From a virus: 64,000 nucleotides of DNA. The position numbers were made by a program, and so were the translations under genes. The notes beneath the pieces were generated by a model, which was not told the DNA's origin, made no database searches, and saw only the letters and a list, made by a program, of their open reading frames with translations. Positions 56,691-64,000 of this stretch are shown piece by piece; the stretch's first letter is position 1, and every line of letters starts with the position of its first letter. The DNA is taken from IMG/VR virus record IMGVR_UViG_3300036715_002570, positions 86,678 to 150,677 of that record; one strand, written 5' to 3'.

Positions 56691-57237
56691 GCACCCATCA
56701 CTGTATCAGACGGTCGACCGAATCGTCGGCATGTCGCGCCGAGACTTCAAGGGCATTGAAGGCGTTGGCTTTAAGCTAATGGAAGAAGTGGGGGAGCTAT
56801 CTGAGGCCGTAAATCACAGCCTCGGCAATCTGCCACACAAGACGCTCAAGGAGCCGGTGATTGGTGAAGTAGCGGACGTGATCCAGAACGCAATCGCCCT
56901 CGCAGCCCTCGTCTATCCCAACAAGACGGGAGCGGAGCTGGCAGAGATGCTGGAAGACTACCTCGACTCAAAGACGACCAAGTGGGAATCGATCCTCGTT
57001 GAAAACACTCCCGCACCGTCAGCGCAGGACATCAAGAACGCGATGTGCATCGAGGGGCACTTGAATCAATGTCTACGAGACATCATCGAGAGTAGCGGCG
57101 AACTTGGCGGGACGGATGCGGTGTTCAACCACATTACTGCTGTTGTTCTTCAAGCGATCGACAAATGCTATGGCATTAAGCAAACGCCGGAACAGCAGCG
57201 TGAGAATCTGTCAAACGCGTTTGACCCGACTATTTGA
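56677..57237 (+). CDS. MazG-like NTP pyrophosphohydrolase
   Basis: KLMEEVGELSEA...GEVADV. Confidence 0.8.
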   Translation: MEVIKHPSLYQTVDRIVGMSRRDFKGIEGVGFKLMEEVGELSEAVNHSLGNLPHKTLKEPVIGEVADVIQNAIALAALVYPNKTGAELAEMLEDYLDSKTTKWESILVENTPAPSAQDIKNAMCIEGHLNQCLRDIIESSGELGGTDAVFNHITAVVLQAIDKCYGIKQTPEQQRENLSNAFDPTI

Positions 57238-57351
57238 TACTCCCAACACCTAATAGCGAGGCCGCTGGGTTTACCCTAAATCTACCGATTTGCTACTAAG
57301 CGTGGGAATCGGTAGACTCGCTTCTGTCACATATCCAAGAGGAGATCGCTT

Positions 57352-57561
57352 GTGAAATTCCGCCTTACCATGCTCGCCGTTGCCGTGATGGCAATACCCC
57401 TGATCGGCTGTGGCCCCTCACCGCAACCGCAGGTGATCTACCAGCAGCCGCAGGTCGTGGTCCATGACAACGGCCCCGGTGTCGGCACCGGCCTGTCCAA
57501 GACGTCGACGTCGACCAACAACGCCAAGCCGCTGTTCGCGCCTACCACTCGCAAGCGCTGA
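57352..57561 (+). CDS. small lipoprotein
   Basis: lipobox LIGC, GAGGAG RBS. Confidence 0.6.
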   Translation: MKFRLTMLAVAVMAIPLIGCGPSPQPQVIYQQPQVVVHDNGPGVGTGLSKTSTSTNNAKPLFAPTTRKR

Positions 57562-57712
57562 TCGATCGCCGCGGAGTCCGTTGGACGGGGGAACGTCCAA
57601 CGGAGCTTCTACTTTCGATGTGGCAATGGGTGTTTACCCTCACGGGTACGATATGAGAGTTGATGCACATTCAGCTTTCATAAGAGCAACTGCAAAGAGG
57701 AAGGCGTGCGTA

Positions 57713-58135
57713 ATGGAACAAGAAAACAATCTGTCGGACGTGGCAGCCAAGGCTGTCGCACGTCTGCAGCTCCGACTGCGTGAGAACGTCGGCAACTACC
57801 TCACGCTCGGCGATTGGCTGTCTGGCCTGTCGCTGTTCGATGTGCACGATCTCAACAAGGTCGCTGCGCAAGTCCAACATCACGTCACTGAAGCTGCTGC
57901 TGAGGATCAAGCGGGCCGCGACATGATCGTCCTGACGATGATGCTGCTCGCCGCCGAGGGTGAGGACGTTGAGGATCTGACCAACGACTACGTGAACGAG
58001 GCGATGGAATACCTGACCGCCATCCTCCTGCCCCTGGAAGAACTCCGGCGCGCAGGCCTGGTGACGATTTCGTACGAGAACCTCTCGTTCGCTCATCGCG
58101 AGGGCGTCAATCTGACGCAACTGGTGTCCGCATGA
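57713..58135 (+). CDS. acidic hypothetical protein
   Basis: ATG 57713 after promoter-like sequence. Confidence 0.65.
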   Translation: MEQENNLSDVAAKAVARLQLRLRENVGNYLTLGDWLSGLSLFDVHDLNKVAAQVQHHVTEAAAEDQAGRDMIVLTMMLLAAEGEDVEDLTNDYVNEAMEYLTAILLPLEELRRAGLVTISYENLSFAHREGVNLTQLVSA

Positions 58136-58408
58136 AATTCATAATTTGCTCAACTTTGGTTTCCATTGCCGTGTTTCTGCTCGGCGGCTGGATCTCCGAC
58201 TGGAGCGTCACGGAGTCTGCGTTTTGGCCGTGGGCCCTTGTGTCTACCGCCGGCAGCGTGGGTGGCTGCTTCAGCCTGATCAAGGTCAGGTAACCTCCCC
58301 AACATGGAACGCCTGTGGCCACGAGCCACAGGCGTTCCCCTTTTATTGGTTGTTTACTGGATAACCGATTTCTCGGAAGGTTGATTATCACAACTTCCGG
58401 AGACTAGT

Positions 58409-58942
58409 GTGTTTACAGTATACGCAGCGAAAGGGTCGCAAGACCCAGTTTACATTGGATACGTTGAAGGTGGCCTGGACAAGGCCAAAGAATGGCTCGA
58501 ATTCAGCAGCGCTCGAACTACTGCCTCGGAAGTGACACGGTTTGACGTACGGTTCCGCGCTCTGTATAACGGAGACATGTCCTCCGTCAAATACACGAAG
58601 ATTGCAGAGTGTGAGACCCGGGAAGAGGCACGTACTGTCAGAGACGAGAATCGCGCTACAAATCCCAATTCGTTTGGCGATCCATCTCCGCTGCCTCCCG
58701 ATACGTATAAGGCAGCAAGCGACAAGTATCCGGAACGGATACGCAAATACAACGAAATCTTTAAGGCACGACGTGCTGCAACAGCGCGCGATGCAATGGG
58801 CGTGTTGTTCTCGTCCGCGCAGATCAAGAATCATCCCGCCCCCCGGGAAGAAAAAGTTGCTGATTTGGATCGAATGAAACCCGATCCCTTCATGGTCAAG
58901 TACGGCTTTCCGATGCCAACAATCGATTTGACCCAAAATTGA
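58409..58942 (+). CDS. GIY-YIG-like nuclease-domain protein
   Basis: TVY......VYIG N-terminus, later E...N. Confidence 0.45.
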   Translation: MFTVYAAKGSQDPVYIGYVEGGLDKAKEWLEFSSARTTASEVTRFDVRFRALYNGDMSSVKYTKIAECETREEARTVRDENRATNPNSFGDPSPLPPDTYKAASDKYPERIRKYNEIFKARRAATARDAMGVLFSSAQIKNHPAPREEKVADLDRMKPDPFMVKYGFPMPTIDLTQN

Positions 58943-59000
58943 CTACGGAGTCGCCTTCCTCTATAGTCGGTCATCGTTTAACAGCTCTGAAAGTACACAA

Positions 59001-59234
59001 ATGGCACGCTCCAACCCGCCGCTGACCAGTGAGCAGCTAGTTGCCCGTCTGACCATGTATCCAATGTTACTGACGTATGAAGACAAGAAGTCAGGTACTG
59101 TGTACCTTGCAGGTGCAGACATGCGCGCTGCAGCACGTCGAATCCAGGAGCTGGAAGAAGAGCTGCGAGTGTTGCGCGAGCAGTGCATCCAAACAGTATG
59201 GCACACATCCAGCAGCAGCGGAGAGCGAGCATGA
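59001..59234 (+). CDS. hypothetical protein
   Basis: AAARRIQELE motif. Confidence 0.6.
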   Translation: MARSNPPLTSEQLVARLTMYPMLLTYEDKKSGTVYLAGADMRAAARRIQELEEELRVLREQCIQTVWHTSSSSGERA

Positions 59235-59419
59235 GCGTGTTGACAGAATTCCAATCGTTGGTTAGATCTACCAACGCCACTCCCTTTGATGGACTGCGGC
59301 GCCACCTCGAGGTGCTGCCACGAATCGGTGAAAAGGTTCGCGTGCGTGACCACCTAGTCGTAGTTGTCGATGTGGTCCACTTCGCCGACCTGGCGGTCAC
59401 TGTGTTGCGGGTGAAATGA
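59231..59419 (+). CDS. hypothetical protein
   Basis: LPRIGEKV, ATGA overlap. Confidence 0.55.
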   Translation: MSVLTEFQSLVRSTNATPFDGLRRHLEVLPRIGEKVRVRDHLVVVVDVVHFADLAVTVLRVK

Positions 59420-59519
59420 TGAAATTGGTCTGGCGGTCACCGAAGTTCTTCAAGCACGGCGGCATCTGGCTGTACGTGATGAAAAAGTGGTACCGGATCA
59501 TTCCCGTCAAGGAGTTCGA

Positions 59520-59879
59520 ATGCCACAACTGATGATTCCCCACCTGCGCACAGAACTAACGCTGTCGCAGCCGTGGACATTCAAACTACACGCTGAGCAC
59601 AGGAACAGCGATTTCCGCCAGCTGCTTGGGTTGGAAATACCGTACTCTGCCGCTGCCACGGAAGAACAGTGGCAAGCGTGGCGGAAATCGCGCGATGAGG
59701 TATACGACGTCACCCTACCTGCTGGCACAGTACTGTCTGTTGATCGGATCTTTATCCGCAACGGGATGGCCGAATACGACAGTGTGACGTTCCGCATTCG
59801 GTCCCACCCCGACCTCAAGAAGTGCAAGTCACGCTTCTGGGTCAAACTAGACGATGCGAACAACATCGTGTATACATGA
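59520..59879 (+). CDS. conserved phage protein (TLPAGT.L.VDRIFIR...RFWVKL.D.N)
   Basis: motif, AAGGAG RBS. Confidence 0.75.
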   Translation: MPQLMIPHLRTELTLSQPWTFKLHAEHRNSDFRQLLGLEIPYSAAATEEQWQAWRKSRDEVYDVTLPAGTVLSVDRIFIRNGMAEYDSVTFRIRSHPDLKKCKSRFWVKLDDANNIVYT

Positions 59880-60154
59880 ACTGGATTCAACAATTAGTAG
59901 AACCGCTTGGGTGGTTCGGCGCTGCGGTGTTTTCGCTATCAGCGTTGCCTCAAGCATGGGTGTGCTGGAGGCAAAAGCATAGTAACGGCCTCGCATGGCC
60001 GTTCCTTCTTTCCTGGCTGGTTGGTTGTTCAACCATGCTACTGTACGTATCGCTGAAGGGACATATGCTACCTCTGCAGTGTAACTACGGTGTCAATCTC
60101 GCGTTGTTGCTGGTGATTGTTTGGTATAAACTATTCCCCAGAGACCCTTCCTGA
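59876..60154 (+). CDS. PQ-loop (SemiSWEET-like) membrane protein
   Basis: LGW.G......ALPQ, three TMs. Confidence 0.75.
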   Translation: MNWIQQLVEPLGWFGAAVFSLSALPQAWVCWRQKHSNGLAWPFLLSWLVGCSTMLLYVSLKGHMLPLQCNYGVNLALLLVIVWYKLFPRDPS

Positions 60155-60353
60155 AATTGTTGAATGCGGTAGGATGAGCAAGTACAGTAGTCCATATTGA
60201 AAAGGTACTACTATGCCATTCCCTCAACCACTCCCAACTCCGCCCCACCGCAATCCGCCACCGCCGCCGTTCTATCCGTTCGATGACGAGGATGACGACG
60301 ACCCTGACGAGTTCGACCCACCTGTCCTTCCGGTCCCAACCAAGCACTAAGTC

Positions 60354-60809
60354 ATGAAATCGTTCAACCTATCCTCAAACTCGCTCCACTTCCGATTTGC
60401 AACTCTGTACGGGCCAGCATCACACTTTGCCATTGTGCAGGGGTATTACGATCTGTGTTCGTATATTCGTGCGGTGCTGCTGGGAATGTTTGTCGCGCTG
60501 ATCGGCACGGCAATTGGTGGTCTAGTGATCGGCCTGACGATTGGTGATATCGCTGCGTGGGTATCAGCAATGGCTCACCTGGGTCAGTGGATCGATCCAG
60601 AGCCTGGTTCCGTGATTACGATGATCGCCTCCGGCATCGCCAGTGTGATCGTGGCGATGATCTACACTCACCGGCGATATAAGCAATGGAAGGAAACGCG
60701 GCCGTGCCAGCCTGTGACCGCACCATCGAAGCCAAGCTTTGCTCAAATCGCCTACGAATCGCTACACAACCGGTTTTGCGGCACCATTTCTGTGGATGAC
60801 GCCGAGTGA
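60354..60809 (+). CDS. membrane protein
   Basis: DLCSY.R, two TMs. Confidence 0.65.
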   Translation: MKSFNLSSNSLHFRFATLYGPASHFAIVQGYYDLCSYIRAVLLGMFVALIGTAIGGLVIGLTIGDIAAWVSAMAHLGQWIDPEPGSVITMIASGIASVIVAMIYTHRRYKQWKETRPCQPVTAPSKPSFAQIAYESLHNRFCGTISVDDAE

Positions 60810-60902
60810 AAGTCTGGAACAACCTACCACCTGAAGTGCGGTTCATCATTGTCGCGATGCTCACCCTGCTGTGCTATCGCTACATCATTGGAGTACATCA
60901 AA

Positions 60903-61235
60903 ATGCGTTGTAAGAAGGGCGACCTGGCGTTCGTATTGCGGACAGTCACAGGTAACTACGTAGGCCACATCGTCGATGTGGCCGAATATATTGGCTACAT
61001 GAACGAAGGTGACGTGTTTGAAGTCAACGGGATCATGTGCAAGGCAATGATCACGGATAACTACTGGTGGATTGATGCCACGTCTCCGCGGGGCTTCGAA
61101 ACCCCGTACGGTCCAACCTCCCGGGCATACAGTCCAGACACGTGGCTGAAGCCGATCCCTCCCGATCTGCTGTCCAAGGACACAGAGACTGGTGAGGAAA
61201 TCTACAACACCAAGCCGGAGACGGTTGAAGTGTAA
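60903..61235 (+). CDS. conserved phage protein (MRCKKGDLA...D.WLKPI)
   Basis: motif, GGAG RBS. Confidence 0.7.
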   Translation: MRCKKGDLAFVLRTVTGNYVGHIVDVAEYIGYMNEGDVFEVNGIMCKAMITDNYWWIDATSPRGFETPYGPTSRAYSPDTWLKPIPPDLLSKDTETGEEIYNTKPETVEV

Positions 61236-61455
61236 GTTGACAAGCCCATTCTCGTCGAGCTTCCAACGTTACCGGATATTCGTATGAAGCTCGAAGAAAC
61301 GGGCCTAATCAACCGTAAGATCAAAATCAGCAACACTTCACCAGAACATGCTGGTGAAGTGGGTAAGGTCGTCGCTGGTTGGCAGTGCAAGAAGTAATTG
61401 TTGAGGGTCAAAGCTGCTAACAGGATGATTGAGTTACTTTAACTAGGACTCAATC

Positions 61456-62301
61456 ATGTCCAAGCAACAACAGCAATCTCAACGTCGCATCTCTCTGCAG
61501 CCGACGCCCACGTCAACCTCCAACGAGGTTCATGAGCGCATCGTCGACATCATTGCATCAGGCAACTACGACTCTCATGCGATTGCCTTGGCTCTTGCCA
61601 AAAAGCATCCGGCAATCTTCGTCCAACTGCACGACGCCGGCGTCGTGACGAAGACCGCACCCGCTGACCCAAGGTGGGCTGGCGATGTCGCCAGCCTGCT
61701 CCGCAGTGGTGGGCTCATCTCGGCGATCAAGATGGTCCGTGAGAACACCAAGCTTGGCCTGAAAGAAGCGAAGAACATCGTTGATGCTGCTCGCTCCAAC
61801 AGCAACAGCAATGGCCTCGTGGCGGAGAGCAATCTTCACTACGTGAATGCAATCGTAGCCGCCTGGTGTGACATGTCAGACCTGGCCTTATTTGAGCGAA
61901 ATTGCGTAGACGTCTGTAACCAGGCGTTTACTTCGTTCAAGCAGGAGATCCAGGGATTCCTTGATGGACCATATCCTAACCATTGGGTATATGGAGACGA
62001 CATCATCAGTGTGTATACCCGTAAGGCTCATCATGCGATCTCAGGCGCATTGATCCAATCCTTTGACATTGGTACAATTACAGTCTCTGAGCAATTCAGA
62101 GGCCGAGGTCTTGGCATGCGGGTAATCAACCATATGCATCAGATCAACCCATTCCGGTGCACGTACGTTGAGAGCATCCTGAACGAAGGGCTGTACGATC
62201 GCCTAATCGATGAGGGGTGGCGAGACGTACCCGGCTCCAAACCCAAGTCTGTGTTTAAGATGACGCCGTTGACGAAAAAATTGGGTGAGACTGATAGTTA
62301 A
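61456..62301 (+). CDS. ribosomal L7/L12 C-terminal-like domain fused to GNAT acetyltransferase
   Basis: ISAIKMVRENTKLGLKEAKNIVD; V.EQFRGRGLG. Confidence 0.7.
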   Translation: MSKQQQQSQRRISLQPTPTSTSNEVHERIVDIIASGNYDSHAIALALAKKHPAIFVQLHDAGVVTKTAPADPRWAGDVASLLRSGGLISAIKMVRENTKLGLKEAKNIVDAARSNSNSNGLVAESNLHYVNAIVAAWCDMSDLALFERNCVDVCNQAFTSFKQEIQGFLDGPYPNHWVYGDDIISVYTRKAHHAISGALIQSFDIGTITVSEQFRGRGLGMRVINHMHQINPFRCTYVESILNEGLYDRLIDEGWRDVPGSKPKSVFKMTPLTKKLGETDS

Positions 62302-62598
62302 CTCACTGAAATGTGCAAGCAACTCAGTTGGTGGAGCCGCTCGAAACCGTTCGAGCCCCTCTCGAGCTTGAGAGTGTTAACAGGCGCGTCGAGACGAAGC
62401 CTCCGTGCTCGACATCCAAATTTAGACAGGCTAGTATCGTGAGAACTAGCTGCACTTGGTGCTAGTAACCCAGCGCGCGGGCGAATGTAGTGTGTAGAGG
62501 GAACGCCAAAAGAAACCTCAAGGCCCCTCATGTCGGTTTATTGCTGTTGATCTTTGTGCCAATTGCGATGATCATGCCGCAATTGCACAAGGAACAAA

Positions 62599-62928
62599 AT
62601 GTACACAGTATACTGGACTGAAGAGTCCTACACAGACTCACTAGCACCAGCGTTGGTGCGTGAACCTCAGTCGCGTGAGTTCCCCCCGTCTGAACTGGCC
62701 CAAGCGCTGAAGTTCTCTGAGGAATTGCGCACACGTCGTCGTGGAGGTGCCCGTATCTCAATGATCACCATGGCGTCGGAGGACATGAACAACGTCGGTC
62801 AGCTTGGCGTTGCATCGATCATTGACGGTAAGACACCGGACGGTCACGACTACGAATGGTCCAAAGCAGGTCGCGCTGGGAAGATGCGGCCGAAAGACTA
62901 CGTCAAAACGGCCAACGCAGCTGAATAG
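62599..62928 (+). CDS. conserved phage protein (GKTPDG.DY.W.K)
   Basis: promoter + AAGGA. Confidence 0.7.
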   Translation: MYTVYWTEESYTDSLAPALVREPQSREFPPSELAQALKFSEELRTRRRGGARISMITMASEDMNNVGQLGVASIIDGKTPDGHDYEWSKAGRAGKMRPKDYVKTANAAE

Positions 62929-62977
62929 TTGGGTTAACTGTCGTTTCGGTTGAATCTCTAGTTATAGGAGATTTAAC

Positions 62978-63577
62978 ATGGAAGACTATAAGAAACTGTA
63001 CATCTCGCTGCGATATTTCCTGCTTGGCCGGGAATTCTACATGGCCGCTGACGCGTTGCAATTCGCATCCCAGTACCATGTAGGGACACGCAAGGATGGT
63101 GTCACGCCTGAGTTCCAACATCAAATTGAGATTGCGCACTACCTGCGCACGCTACTGCCATCGATGATGTTTCCAGAGGACACGCTGGCCGCCGTCCTCT
63201 TGCATGATGTCCCGGAAGACTACGGTGTCCCACACTCGGAGATTGCGAACCGGTTCGGCCCTCGCGTTGGACAAGCAGTGTTCCTGATGGACAAGAACGG
63301 CAAGCAGCAAGCAAAGATGATGGAAGACATTGGTCTGCATCCAATCGCATCTCTTGCAAAGGGTGGTGATCGCTGTCACAACATGCAAACGATGGTTGGT
63401 GTGTTTACGCTGGAGAAGCGAATCAAGTATATGGAAGAGGCGAGGACTTTGTTTCTTCCGATGTTGAAGACTGCCCGTCGTCTTTTTCCGAAACAAGAAG
63501 CTGCGTACGAGAACATCAAACACGTGATGACGTCACAGCTCGAACTACTTGAAGTGATCAATGGTGCCGAACGCTAA
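62978..63577 (+). CDS. HD-domain small alarmone hydrolase-like protein (Mesh1/SpoT HD)
   Basis: A..YH.G.RKDG.TP...H, LLHDVPED, K..DR.HN. Confidence 0.85.
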   Translation: MEDYKKLYISLRYFLLGREFYMAADALQFASQYHVGTRKDGVTPEFQHQIEIAHYLRTLLPSMMFPEDTLAAVLLHDVPEDYGVPHSEIANRFGPRVGQAVFLMDKNGKQQAKMMEDIGLHPIASLAKGGDRCHNMQTMVGVFTLEKRIKYMEEARTLFLPMLKTARRLFPKQEAAYENIKHVMTSQLELLEVINGAER

Positions 63578-63584
63578 TGTACCC

Positions 63585-64000
63585 ATGTTTCCTGCGGAAC
63601 GATTCCGTTATATTGAAGCACTGATCCCCCTGCTGGAACGTACACCCCATTGGGATGAGCTGTATCAGATAGAGTGGTATGTAGACAAGTGCGCTCGTGC
63701 GGGCTTTGCTACAACCGCTGATCAAATTCGTCTGTGCGCAAGTCGGTTCATTGCTGGAAAGCGAAAAGTTACGCCGCCCGGCACCGCTCGGCGCAAGCAG
63801 GCAGAGAAGCGACGGTTGCAGATGCTGGCTAACGTACCTCCGGAGCTGACGGCAGCAATTGAGGCTGTTATAGCTGAGCAACAGAAGGCGGTCGACCAAT
63901 TCAAATCGGGCGTGGAGAAGGCTCTTAATTCGTTGGTAGGCGGCGTAATGAAGCGATACAAGAGCGACCCCGCTACTGTTCGTGAACTACTGATTCAGCG
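63585..64000 (+). CDS. protein with GatB/YqeY-like C-terminal domain (runs off window)
   Basis: IEAVIAEQQKAVDQFKSG.EKALNSLVG.VMK..K.DP..VRELL. Confidence 0.7.
   Translation, partial: MFPAERFRYIEALIPLLERTPHWDELYQIEWYVDKCARAGFATTADQIRLCASRFIAGKRKVTPPGTARRKQAEKRRLQMLANVPPELTAAIEAVIAEQQKAVDQFKSGVEKALNSLVGGVMKRYKSDPATVRELLIQ

Overview
Fragment of a large T4-superfamily-like lytic phage genome (rIIA/rIIB, T-like holin candidate, TAAATA late-promoter-like motifs, no capsid/tail genes here). The host is probably a Burkholderiales-type betaproteobacterium, inferred from the TyrRS sequence style. 1-24.9 kb: mostly + strand accessory genes (queE, queD, Nudix, HNH proteins, SF2 helicase, DUF932-like, OM beta-barrel + pnuC + nadR, rIIA/B, phosphatase, probable internal head proteins). 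24.9-27.3 kb: small minus-strand genes. 27.3-28.85 kb: non-coding divergence hub with hairpin repeats and 21-bp-period iteron-like repeats. 28.85-51 kb: about 50 small early-type genes, most with their own sigma70-type promoter. 52-64 kb: translation/alarmone toolkit (TyrRS, MazG, Nudix, L7/L12-GNAT fusion, HD (p)ppGpp hydrolase, GatB/YqeY domain) with several structured non-coding segments. Most notable: (1) many early promoters carry the -10 box at the loop of a sense-strand, G.U-tolerant hairpin; (2) one ~50-aa helical domain (SK..A..Y..R....G.T..GA.TYY) is fused to six unrelated proteins, one a probable virion protein; (3) a ~560-nt promoter-driven, multi-pseudoknot candidate ncRNA; (4) a dispersed operator-like motif ACTAGTAAACA. 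All calls come from reading the sequence by eye; no searches were run.
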